DNA of 63,673 nt, counting the filler, from Octopus bimaculoides (Eukaryota), in the NCBI RefSeq assembly GCF_001194135.2. It is 6 parts of 6 records of this genome, joined end to end, with 100 filler letters (N's around TTAATTAATTAA, not from the genome) between each part and the next. Parts side by side here need not be neighbours in the genome. Positions count along the whole stretch, not along the records: positions 1 to 15,479 come from NC_068999.1; 5 more parts are not named here. One strand, 5' to 3'. How positions within the stretch are numbered: position 1 is the stretch's first letter; each line of letters starts with the position of its first letter. Both the position numbers and the translations under genes were made by a program. Under the pieces are notes generated by a model. That model was not told where the DNA came from. It did no database searches and saw only the letters and a list, made by a program, of their open reading frames with translations. Shown in pieces: positions 1 to 10,305 of this stretch.

Positions 1-78
1 CAATTCATAATCATGTTTATTTATAAAAATATAATGGAATTTTTTAAACATCAAATGGCGATGACGGTCCCGAGAAAC

Positions 79-357
79 AGAGTTGAAACGCTGTTTGATT
101 TTTCTTTTCAGCATTGAATGTTCACCATTCCACTTCCATTGCACACACACACACACACACAAACATTCACATGACTCCCTTTTACATACACACACATATA
201 CTCACACAGAATTGAAATGCTGTTTGATTTCGTTTTTCACCGTAGAATTTCCATCATCCCAAGACCAAGTTTGCCATCACTCCTTCCTTCCTTATTCATC
301 TATCACCCCTTCCTTTCTCATTCATATGTTGTGACAGAAAAACACAAGAGCATTATT
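79..357. repeat. Unclassified dispersed repeat with an internal ~130-bp tandem unit (AGAGTTGAAACGCTGTTTGATT...)
   Basis: Reverse-complement copy at ~14684-15007 and a partial copy at ~23495-23570. Confidence 0.8.
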
Positions 358-485
358 ATAGCAGATCCTTATACGACAGGTTTCCACAGCTTCCTCCTAC
401 CAAATTCACACACAAGACACTAATGAGCCAAGGTGCCACGCACTAGAACTGAAACTAGAACCACGTGGTTTCAAACTGAGCTTTG
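355..485 (-). mobile_element. SINE-B 5' fragment (decayed)
   Basis: CCAAGGTGCCACGCA.T.G.ACTGAA..AGAACCACGTGGTT. Confidence 0.65.
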
Positions 486-579
486 AAGTAGGATTTTCGT
501 TTTTAACTTGCATAAATAAGTAAACGCAGAATGAATCTATAAGAAGTGTTATTAACAAAAACTAAAAGCAAATACTCAC

Positions 580-668
580 TGCTATTGGAAGACATATGAG
601 GGCCAACAAAAATGCAATATTAAAGTTTAGGAAGCCATTGAGAAAATAGAAAGAAAATGGTTCTGTTC
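580..668 (-). CDS. ALG9: ALG9 coding exon 9 (G-TEPFSFYFLNGFLNFNIAFLLALICLPIA); gene continues beyond the left edge
   Basis: 89 nt, TTACAG/GTGAGT. Matches GTEPWYFYLINGFLNFNVAFALAL. Confidence 0.96.
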
Positions 669-749
669 CTGTAAAATAAAATATATTAGATAATAACAAA
701 AATAAAAAATGGTTTTTAATATAATTTCTGGTTGAAATTTCATATCAAC

Positions 750-780
750 ATCAATCATCATCCTCATCATTATCATTATC

Positions 781-813
<33 letters not shown>

Positions 814-1000
814 TAACATCTGTGTTCCATGCTGGTGTAGTGGATTGGATGGTTTGAAAGAATCTGAAGAGCCCAAGAACTGCATTGTGGTCCAGTGTCT
901 GCTTCGGCATGGTCTCTATAACCAGATGCCCTTCCTAATGCCAACCATTTTTATCCTTTCTCTTGTGTTGGTGACAAAATGCACCCAAAATGTTGCCATT
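750..1000 (-). mobile_element. SINE-D 3' part with (ATC/ATT)n tail
   Basis: Tail at 750-812; body GATGCCCTTCCTAATGCCAACCA. Confidence 0.75.
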
Positions 1001-1293
1001 GTAAAAATGATTGGTGATAGGAAGAACATCCAACCACAAAAAACACAGAACCCCCCCCACCCAAAGAAAAACCCAAAATACCAAAAAACAACATGATATA
1101 CACAACAACAGAGTTGGCAGGTTTTTCTCTGTTATTGTGTATGTTAAATGATGGAGGACTACATTCAGAACTGAGAAGCTGTGAAACTCACCCAACCCAT
1201 GCCAACAAGGAAAAACAGATGTAAGATGCTTGATGATGAGGATATATAAATTGGCATATCGAAGTAGATGTAAGAAGGAAGGTTACAACTTAC

Positions 1294-1399
1294 CGTAAAT
1301 ATCGGGTCCGTGTTCAGTGAAAATATTATAAAGGATGATATTCAAAGGAGCAATAACCAATTTGTCATAATAATAACTGTCAATAACAACCACAGGGAG
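1294..1399 (-). CDS. ALG9: ALG9 coding exon 8 (LPVVVIDSYYYDKLVIAPLNIILYNIFTEHGPDIY-G)
   Basis: 106 nt, TTTCAG/GTAAGT. Matches PVVVIDSYYYGKLVIAPLNIVLYNVFTxHGPDLYG. Confidence 0.97.
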
Positions 1400-1449
1400 C
1401 TGAAATAAAGAAATAACCAATAATAATGATAATAATAATAATAAGCCAC

Positions 1450-1630
1450 CGTCTGTTTTCCATGCTGGCATGAGTTGGACGGTTCGACTGGGGTCTGGGA
1501 AGCCAGGAGGCTGCACCAGGCCCCTATCTGATCTGGCAGGGTTTCTACAGCTGGATGCCCTTTCTAATGCCAACCACTCCGAGAGTGTAGTGGGCGCTTT
1601 TTACATGCCACTGGCACAGGAGCCAGAGGA
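1450..1630 (-). mobile_element. SINE-D 3' part
   Basis: TTTTCCATGCTGGCATG.GTTGGACGG...CTGGATGCCCTT.CTAATGCCAACCACT. Confidence 0.8.
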
Positions 1631-1819
1631 GCTGGCGTACTTAATTAATAATAATCACATGTAGTTGATACTTGTACATGTAGTTACTGCCAATAATTGC
1701 ATGTATGAGGCAAGTGTCTTCTACTAGAGCCCCAGCCGACTTAGTAACAACAGAGGTGTTAACAACAATACTGCTTCAATGTTGGGACTTTTGCATAAGC
1801 AAATAGTGGATGCAAACAA

Positions 1820-1975
1820 ACACACACACACATATATTGACCTTTTCTTTTTGATTCCATCTACCAAATCCACTCACAGGCTTTGGTTGCTGAAGGTGCC
1901 ATGCAGTGGGATTCAACCCAAATGACATGGTTGGGAAAGGAACTTCTCAACCAGGTAGCCATACCTGTGTCTGAC
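1820..1975 (-). mobile_element. SINE-B fragment (CpG-decayed)
   Basis: TTCCATCTACCAAATCCACTCACAGGCTTTGG...GGTGCCATGCAGTGGGA. Confidence 0.8.
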
Positions 1976-2101
1976 ATATTTAATTTATAATGTGGTAAGA
2001 GAGAAAGAATACAGGAAAAACAATTTCCCTTTTTTTTTTAAATAAACAACAAAAATTCAATGGGGAAATAAAAAAAGAGAAACAGATTGAAAAATATTTA
2101 C

Positions 2102-2186
2102 CAAAAACAGAAGCAGTGCAACAAAACACCAGTAGATGAAGTAACTTATTTTCTTTTTCATGAGAACATCACAAGCAATGGGTATC
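2102..2186 (-). CDS. ALG9: ALG9 coding exon 7 (IPIACDVLMKKKISYFIYWCFVALLLFL)
   Basis: 85 nt, TTACAG/GTAAAT, phase 2/0. Aligns with human LPIAFDLLVMKHRWKSFFHWSLMALILFL. Confidence 0.93.
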
Positions 2187-2363
2187 CTGTAAAAACAAAG
2201 AGTAAAACCTGTCTTGAAAAAGGAAAGAAGTGAAGAAAATGAGAAAAGAAATTATTTGACCAAAATTTAAACAGCTATACAGTTGACCTGAAAGGAGGAT
2301 GAAACTGAAATTTGGGACTTGCACAATGTAGTTTATATAGGACAGATTTATGCTTCCATAGTA

Positions 2364-2614
2364 TTGGGTTGGTGCATAATTATTACGGCATTTTTTCAAC
2401 AGATTTTATTCAACAAACACGATAACAATATGTAACAAAAACATCTTTAAATGGTTATTCTGGAGCATATTCACCATCTACTTCAATTACTGCTTCTCAT
2501 TTGCTTGGCAGACGATTAGACCATCATTTAAAGATGTTTTTGTTAAATATTGTTATTGTTTTTGTTGAATAAAATTTGTTGAAGAAAAGCTGCAATAATT
2601 ATGCACTGACCCAA
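2364..2614. mobile_element. Non-autonomous mariner (foldback MITE) in ALG9 intron 6
   Basis: TA at 2362-63 and 2615-16. TIR TTGGGTTGGTGCATAATTATT resembles the Hsmar1/MADE1 type; inverted arms ~95 bp. The centre encodes a transposase C-terminus on the minus strand (NRLPSK*EAVIEVDGEYAPE*). Confidence 0.9.
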
Positions 2615-2840
2615 TATTTTTCAAATATACTGTCACAGCATGTCTTTACAAGCACAAGATCTTATATTTTCTGTCACAAAACCACTTTAAAACAACTTTC
2701 AATGAATGTATGATAAAAAAACATTGAATTTGGTTTTTCCGCAAAACATACTTGTAAAACAGGGGTGTGTCTTATATGTTGGCAAATATTCTAAAATAAC
2801 AAACATTCATTCATTTTTATGTCTGTTTTTAATAAATTAC

Positions 2841-2872
<32 letters not shown>

Positions 2873-2873
<1 letters not shown>

Positions 2874-2934
2874 CAAGGACTGCTGAAAAGGGCCAGCCAA
2901 TAAAGGCACTAGCAGCAACAGACAAAATAGCAAA
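2873..2934 (-). CDS. ALG9: ALG9 coding exon 6 (FAILSVAASAFIGWPFSAVL-G)
   Basis: 62 nt, CACAG/GTAAGA. Contains the conserved GWPFSA motif. Confidence 0.96.
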
Positions 2935-3132
2935 CTGTGGTGAATAAAGTAGAAACAATTATATAAATAACATGAATTAATATAAATGATTTTAACAAAT
3001 TATATTAACAAAGAAAACATGTAAAGGTCTAAGTTCTATCATTTTTGTTTCAACATTCACTTCTCCATACTTGTATGGATCAGACAAAATTTGTTGAGGC
3101 AGGCATTCTATGACAGAACATCACCCTTGTTA

Positions 3133-3275
3133 AGTGGGTGAGCTGGTAGAAACGTTAGCAAGCTGGGTGAAATGCTTAGTGGTATTTCGTATGTCTCTAT
3201 GTTCTGAGTTCAAATTCTACTGAGGTTGATTGCCTTTCATCCTTTTGGGGTCGATAAATTAAGTACCAGTTGCAT
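3133..3275 (+). mobile_element. SINE-A copy (CpG-decayed)
   Basis: Aligns to 17395-17540. Confidence 0.8.
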
Positions 3276-3656
3276 ACCACAACTTCTTAACCATACAGCC
3301 ATGCCTGTATATGTGTGTGTGCACGTGTATGTGCATAGTTGTGTCTCATTATTTTGACATCATGTGATATTTATAAGACTAGATTCGTTTTCTTACAATT
3401 TAGTATCATTTTCAATCTCCTATGAAAAACAAATGCAACTATGGAAACATTAGAAACATAATCTAGCATCTATTGTATCAAGCTGAACTGAGACATGAGG
3501 GAATTGTGCCACACACTATAAAATACTTGCAAAGGATTTGAACTTAAAACTTTTAGGTTGGCAGTCTGGTGTTTCAGATGCTGAAATATATTTTGCTTCC
3601 GGAGAAATTTGATGGGCAACACTTATTGAAATTGGGACTGTTCTTTATATACTTAC

Positions 3657-3819
3657 ATGGTAAGACTTCTGATACCAGGCTCCCATAGCAACCATAATAA
3701 GATACATAGAGAAACTGCTGGGAAGATAAGATGAACAGGATATGAACATCCCTGTGCTAAACAACATAAACCATAGCATCAAACGTCCCACTTTGGCACC
3801 AAACAGCTTACACACTCCA
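3657..3819 (-). CDS. ALG9: ALG9 coding exon 5 (GVCKLFGAKVGRLMLWFMLFSTGMFISCSSYLPSSFSMYLIMVAMGAWYQKSYH)
   Basis: 163 nt, TTTCAG/GTAAGT, phase fits exon 4. Matches STGMFxSSSAFLPSSFxMY. Confidence 0.96.
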
Positions 3820-4187
3820 CTGAAAAAAGAGAGAAGAAACAGACATATTAATATGTGTGTGTGTATGTGTGCGTGTATGTATGTGTGTGTATGTTCAACA
3901 CGTGATATAGTGCTGTGTCCTAATTGTTAAGGTGCTGGGTTCATGATTATGAAGGCCTGTGTTATGATTCCTGAAACACAGGTTGCCCATTGTGTTCTTG
4001 AGCAGGGCATTTCATTTTATGATGCTCCACTCAGGTGAAAACGAGTACTTGAGGCTAACCTCAGACTGGCAAACTGTCTAGGGCGTGGTAGTGGGTGGCT
4101 GGGTGGTGCCTTTAACTTAGTTGCAACTCTGGATCTTCAGATAGGCATCGGTTGGATGACAGGGGTTTCATTTGACATATCATGTGT

Positions 4188-4222
<35 letters not shown>

Positions 4223-4312
4223 TGTGTGTGTGTGTTTTAAGTCATTTAGTTCACACTTGATAAAGTGGAATGTTGTATGGTAGCAAGACATAGGCATTGA
4301 AAAGAAACTTAC

Positions 4313-4383
4313 TTATAAAAATATAACTCTGTCACAGAGCATGCAATAGCAAGGATACATCTCAGGAAATAAAATAAAAAGAT
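4313..4383 (-). CDS. ALG9: ALG9 coding exon 4 (IFLFYFLRCILAIACSVTELYFY-N)
   Basis: 71 nt, TTCCAG/GTAAGT. Matches human ILVFYFLRCLLAFVSCICELYFYK. Not in the supplied ORF track. Confidence 0.95.
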
Positions 4384-5263
4384 CTGGAAAAAAACAAAAA
4401 AAAAAGAAAATATATAAGTTGTTAATAATAGCTTCAAATTTAGGCACATGACCAGTAATTGTTAGATTATATCAATTTTTATAGCATTAACTTTTTGCTT
4501 TCAATAGTTCAGGAGTTCGACTCAGGTATAATAATTAAAGTGAAATTCTGTCTGTCTATCCAGGACCCTTGTATCTCAGTCTACATTTGCTCTACACAGA
4601 CATATCATACCTTTTTGGAATCAGGATGATCCTAGGATTCAAAATCTGCCCTTCATTTGGTTCCAGAACAGACAACATTGGGATATGATATAAAAGCATT
4701 TGGGCTGCTATTTCTAGCAGATAAAGCTTGGCATTTGTCAGATGACGTCAGAGATCAAGGGGGAAGATAAATGATATTTGCTTTGTTAATTTTATGTTGA
4801 GCTAAGGACTTTGAAACAAATTGGCCAACAGCTGGAATTCAACTAGGGACTGGAACAATAGAATGATTGCATTACAGAATTAATTCTCATCCATCCTTAA
4901 CCTTTGATCAAACACCACCAGGGTATATAGTCATTATAGATGTATTATATAGTCATGCTATTTAGCTCTTTTTAGTTTTGGGCTGTGCAGGTCCAATTAA
5001 CCCTATCCAGGAGCTAGCTTAAAAGTCTGCATGGAGTATGGCTTTAGTACCAGGGCAGTTTTTAACGTTCCAGGGTAGTTAAAACTAACAAGTTTAGCTA
5101 CCCTTGACAAGTGTTTTTCGCAGAAAATGACAAAATAATTTGAGGTAGATTTGAACTCATAGCTATTCCATTTGGTTCATGGCCATCTTACTTTAATACT
5201 TGGTTAGATTTCAAGAGTCGTTAATTCTATATGAGAGAGAGCACAATTATTTGAATTCCTTAC

Positions 5264-5395
5264 CTTATTTACATTGATAAAAGCATAGATTTTCATTGGA
5301 AAAGCATGTAGAGTCAAATAGGCATAGGAACGGATAGCGTAAGATGGAGAATATTCCCATGTTTGGAAACCTTTGTTAAACAATAAGTAGTGCGT
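5264..5395 (-). CDS. ALG9: ALG9 coding exon 3 (THYLLFNKGFQTWEYSPSYAIRSYAYLTLHAFPMKIYAFINVNK)
   Basis: 132 nt, phase 0/0, AG/GT. Matches ALG9 motif GFQTWEYSPxYAIRSYAY. Confidence 0.97.
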
Positions 5396-5459
5396 CTGAA
5401 AAGAAAGGAAAATGAAAAGCAAATAAAAGAGATAAACTGAAGAATGGTAGATCTGAATG

Positions 5460-5660
5460 GCAGTGGTGGTACCACCACCACCACCATCACCATCATTCAA
5501 TGTCTGTTTTCCATACTGGCATGCATTGGACACATTGAGAGGGTTTGAGAAAGCCAGAGAGCTGCATCAGACCTCAATGTCAGCATTTGCATGGTTTCTA
5601 TGGCTGGATGCCCTTCTTAATGCCAACCACTTTACAGTGGGTGCTTTCTTTTTAGAGTCA
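5460..5660 (-). mobile_element. SINE-D 3' part
   Basis: TTTTCCATACTGGCATG...GGCTGGATGCCCTTCTTAATGCCAACCAC. Confidence 0.78.
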
Positions 5661-6422
5661 GGATATGGACTACTCACCCCTTAGTTAGCTGTTCAGTACC
5701 CTAAGGTACATAAGCATTGTATAATACATTTCTAATATACGTATAAAACCTAATACATTAACCTAATACTTGACTAATGCTTTACTTTTATTGATCCTGT
5801 AAGAGGGTAAAGCAAATTAGAACCCACCAAGATTCGAACTCAGAACATCAAAGGATATAAATACTATAAGGCACTTTATCTGTTGACAATTCTGATTCTG
5901 CCAATCCACCATCTTTGAAGCTTTGTATAGTTAATATTTTCCATTAGCTTATAACAGTCTTCAACAGAACTGGAGAAGGCTATGGAACCTTTTTTTTCTG
6001 TTATTGGTTTAAGATAAGAGGAAAATAAGCATTACATTTGACAGAGTAATGCTAAAGAATTACTGCCTGTATTCCATGCTGGCATGAGTTAGAGGGTTTG
6101 ACAGAATCCAGTGAGGAAGAGAACTGTGTTGAGTTACAACGTCTGCTTTGGCATGGTTTTTATGGTGAGATATTCCTAATGCCAGCCACTTCAGAAAGCA
6201 TATTGAGTACATTTTTGCATGGCGCTGACCCTAGTGAAGTTGCTAAATAACTTGCAAGACAAGAACTCCCTCAACAGAGTGGGGTACAGTATTGAAAAGG
6301 GGTCTTGCTGTAGAGGAGATACATGACTACCCGAGCAGAAAATGGAGAAAGGAAGGTGGAGATAAAGTATTAGCAAGTATCCTTGCTAAGAAAACAGTTA
6401 GGAAAAGATAATTCATCCTTAC

Positions 6423-6570
6423 AGGTTCCCAGTAATTGTATGTCTCATCACAATCAGAAATTCCGGTCCAGAGGGCAGCACATAAGCGTGCAGACATCAG
6501 TATTTTGAAAGCAGCATGGCTTCCTGGAGTCCAGGGTTCATCTTGTGGAATACTGACCACATCATTATTT
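6423..6570 (-). CDS. ALG9: ALG9 coding exon 2 (NNDVVSIPQDEPWTPGSHAAFKILMSARLCAALWTGISDCDETYNYWEP)
   Basis: TTTCAG acceptor, GTAAGG donor. Contains the GT22/ALG9 signature SDCDETxNYWEP (human: AFKCLLSARLCAALLSNISDCDETFNYWEP). Confidence 0.97.
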
Positions 6571-6689
6571 CTGAAAAAGAATTGAGAAATTATTTCATTT
6601 TAGTTCGGAGATCAAGAAGTTTCCTCAGGTCAAGCCACTCTTTCTTCGTATTAAGGGGTCACAGCTATCGGCTCTAATACCGAAACGCT

Positions 6690-6920
6690 AAGATATAGGG
6701 ACGTAAACAAACCAAAATCGGTTGTCAAACGGTAGAGTGGGACAAACACACACCCACACATACACGACGGGCTTCTTTCAGTTTCTATCTACCAAATTCA
6801 CTAACAACACTTTGGCCAGCTCGGAGTTGTGGTAGAAAACACTTGCCTAAGGCGTCTGGCAGTGGGATTGAACCCGAAACCGTATGTTTGGGAAACGAAA
6901 TTTTAACCACACAACCAATT
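6690..6920 (-). mobile_element. SINE-B copy in ALG9 intron 1
   Basis: GACGTAAACAAACCA..ATCGGTTGTCAA...ACGACGGGCTTCTTTCAGTTTC..TCTACCAAAT. Confidence 0.85.
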
Positions 6921-8257
6921 ACTGTTTTAAAAAAAATTAAAGCATTTGGAATATAAAAACCGAAATGAGTTATTTAAAAACCAGGGGCAGATAACCATTC
7001 GATCTTGACTGTCTTAATGAGCAGATTTATATCTATTTGTTTTATACACGTGTTCATTCGTCTGCTTAATATCGCATCGACAAAGAGAGAGCGGTGAGAG
7101 ACAGAGCACTGAACAAAATGACTTGTGGTATTTAGTTATGGACCTTATCATTTGAGTTTAAATCCTGCATGACAGCGGGCGGGGGACCATGACTGTATCC
7201 TTCCGGGTTTGATAAAATAAAGTACCAGTTAAATACTGGAACAACAACATGAGTGATTGTACTCGTTTCACAACAATCTGGTGTTTAATCGATATTGTAT
7301 TGCTTCAATATTCAGTACACAAAAAACAAAACAGAACGTGACTTAATGAATACCTTAAGAATTTGTTACAAAACCTATACAACTGAAGGAAGCAGGGTGA
7401 AACCCGTCTAAATCAGGGGCCGGGGAGCTTTTTAACCAATTACCTCAAAATATACTTATTTACGCCGACGTTACCCCTTTGATTTGAAAGAAAGGATATC
7501 ATAGGTTCTTTGAGTTCAAAAGGCTTATTGAATCTATTTTACTGAATCTATTTAGACGTCCATTACATTGGACAGATGCGGTGTTGCCAGAAGAAAAAAA
7601 TTCTGTCTTAACAAGGATCCCACTTTTTTTTATATATATATATAACTTTACTTATGTCTAATGAGTCCTCATTACTTTCTTACGCTCAACGTAAACAAGC
7701 CTTTCGCCCACTGGCGGGTATCTCTAATGTTTGTTACATTTTTCAGGAAATGAGTATAAACGGCACAGTATATTACTGGTACTTATTCAAGGACGTCGCT
7801 TTATGATGAATAAAAAGCAACGTCGAGCACAACAGGTTGTGATCCAGGTAAATCTCGATCTAGGACACCGAGGGTCAAAGATGTTTCACTTTGATCTGAT
7901 TTTTTTTCTTTTCAGACATAGCAGATCTCGAATTACGTTATTCAAAATGTCCTTCTTTTAAGGAATTTAGGGTATGATTAGACTGGTATTTCCAGTAGGC
8001 CGAAGTTAGCGACTTCGTACACATTCCCTTACTGTTAGCTTATGACGAGTTTTGAATTCGCTTTCAGAAGGGTGATCGTAAATTGGTGACAGCATATAAT
8101 CATATAATAATGTTAGTCACATGAACTTTTGTTCTTGACATCAGTTAATTATCGATCTATTGGTAAATTTATTGTTAAATGCATACGAGGAACACATTTG
8201 AAATAACCGTAAGGCGCGTAACATCAGGTGGACGAGAAGACAAGGCGTAGATGTGGC

Positions 8258-8530
8258 TGTATAATAAGGAGCTTGCTCCCTATCCATGTGATCCTTGGGC
8301 ATGTGTCTTCTACTATAGCCCCGGGCCGACCAAAGCCTTGTGAGTGGATTTGTTAGACGGGAACTGAAAGAAGCCCATCATGTATATGCACGCGCGCGTA
8401 CGTGTCTTCGTGTTTAACCCCCCACCCACCACCACCACTTCACAACCGGTGTTGGCTTGTTTACGTTCCCGCAACTTAGCGATTCGGCAAAAGGGGCGGA
8501 CAGAATAAGTATTGAAGTCGATTAGCCCGA
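8258..8530 (+). mobile_element. SINE-B copy in ALG9 intron 1 (opposite orientation to 6690-6920)
   Basis: GTGTCTTCTACTATAGCCCCGGGCCGACCAAAGCCTTGTGAGTGGATTTG. Confidence 0.85.
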
Positions 8531-8758
8531 CTAAAACTCTCATTAGACTGCATAGCCGCAAGAAACAAGTAAAACACACACACACGTACATTTCGGGCTG
8601 TTTTAGCAACATTTACCCCCGGGCAAATCAATGCTGTGGACCCTATAGTTTTTATTTATATACGTGGATCATAATTAGGTCCCTAGACCCGTGAGGCCCT
8701 CGCGTTAACTGCCAAGTATGCTCATACCTTAAGACAGCATTTTGTATATATGTATGTA

Positions 8759-8808
<50 letters not shown>

Positions 8809-8985
8809 CATGATGTGTGTATAATTGCAACATGTATATATGTAGCAGACGATCAACAGAAATAAATTATGATTATCTAATTGTTGTTCTAGCAAGAGAA
8901 ATGTCCTTTCTTTTTGGACGGTGCTCGATAATATAATAATGGTATATATATATATGCAAAGATCGATAATGCATTTTATCCTTAC

Positions 8986-9071
8986 TTGATGTTATTTTGT
9001 CGTACATTAGAGGTAGCTTCGACAACACGTTTCCTTTGATCGCCGCCTCTTCGTTTACTTGAGGCCCCCAT
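8986..9071 (-). CDS. ALG9: ALG9 coding exon 1 (MGASSKRRGGDQRKRVVEATSNVRQNNI-K)
   Basis: ATG at 9071, open frame of 28 codons + 2 nt, then GTAAGG donor. Phase 2 joins exon 2 (AA+A=Lys). Sequence is poorly conserved, so the call rests on position, donor and phase. Confidence 0.72.
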
Positions 9072-9560
9072 AAAGCTTTTTGTGAACAAACAACCTAACC
9101 CAGCTGAATCACTGGTCCGCACTGAATAGTACATTTCAATGTAATTAACTTATGATATTTATATATAGATATAAAAAAAAATAATAAAGCAAGAAATAAT
9201 TTTGAAATATGGAAAAATAATTTTTGATTATGTTATAACGATTGTTTATTACGTTTTAGAAATCTTATATGTATGTGTGCTTATATATAAACGAATATAT
9301 AACCAGTGGCTCGCAATGAATGTTGCCGGTCAATGTAATTAATTTATACGAAAACAATCATCATATATTTATGAAATGAATAAAAAATAAGAGATATGTT
9401 TTTAGAAAATATTTTTAAAATATCAAAAAATAATTTTTGAATATATTATAGCGATTATTCTTATGTTTTAGAAATGCTAACACTTTTTTTAATTTTTTTT
9501 ATATAATCCTAAGCTCTGAATGACTATAAAAGCACAACACGGTGCTCGTTATTGTGGAAG
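9072..9560. promoter_or_regulatory. Shared divergent promoter/5' UTR region of ALG9 and PCCB
   Basis: 489 bp between the two divergent ATGs must hold both 5' ends unless there are untranslated upstream exons. No specific core element can be identified with certainty. Confidence 0.7.
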
Positions 9561-9800
9561 ATGTCCATTGCAAAGTTAGTGTTGAGAGATCTGGATCTGA
9601 CAGCCATGTGGTCAAGGACACGGGCTGTTAGTAAATATATAGGTGTAACTTCTAATTTACTGAGAATACCCAGTAGAAATTATGCAGATGCTTCTGCAAC
9701 GGCCATGCAAACTATTAACGTGAAGAAAAGAATTGAAAACACCCGGGCGAAAGCTTTGGAAGGAGGAGGCAAACGACGGATCGATAATCAACATAAAAAG
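9561..9800 (+). CDS. PCCB: PCCB coding exon 1 (mitochondrial presequence + INVKKRIENTRAKALEGGGKRRIDNQHKK)
   Basis: ATG at 9561 (alternative in-frame ATG at 9606), AAG/GTTTGT donor at 9801. The C-terminal half matches the PCCB motif RIENxRxxALxGGGxRRIDxQHK. Confidence 0.93.
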
Positions 9801-10097
9801 GTTTGTGATTTTAACTTTTTCTCATTATTAAATTAGACTAAAGGGGTTTTTTTTTTGAAACTTATTTCTTTGCTGATTTATGACATATTTTAAAAAGTTA
9901 ACATTTAAATGCTTCAAGTGACTTGGGTGCTTTTCTCATTCTTAGCTGATTGTTCCCTGTCTTCTGTACTTTTATAAGTAGTTTCTTATCACCGAAGCCG
10001 AGCTACATAATTAAACTAACATTTAGTGCTGTGTCCTTCGTCAGAGAACGAAGAACAATTACTACGTTCACCTTTATTATTATTGTTATTATTATTT

Positions 10098-10305
10098 AAA
10101 GCTGGCCGAACCGTTCGCACACCGGACAAAAAAAATGCTAAACGGTATTTTTTTCGTTTTCACGTTCTGCGTTGAAATTCCGCTGAGGTCAACTTTGCCT
10201 TTCATCCTCTCGGAGTCGGTTAAATAAGTACCAATTGAATACTAGGGTCAATATAATCGACCGGCCCCTTTCCCGTAAGTTTCAGGCCCTGTGCTTAAGG
10301 TAGAA
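10098..10305 (+). mobile_element. SINE-A copy
   Basis: Aligns to 17395-17605. Confidence 0.8.

Noticed and set aside
55-100. CGATGACGGTCCCGAGAAAC...GTTGAAACGC as a hammerhead
   Set aside because: It lacks an intact CUGANGA and a pairing helix II.
845-1096. 83-aa ORF and similar 60-95 aa ORFs at 1470, 5457, 12287 and 12387
   Set aside because: They are translations of SINE-D copies inside introns.
8593-8740. Degenerate hAT-like MITE in ALG9 intron 1
   Set aside because: The termini are only loosely complementary and there is no TSD; too weak to call.
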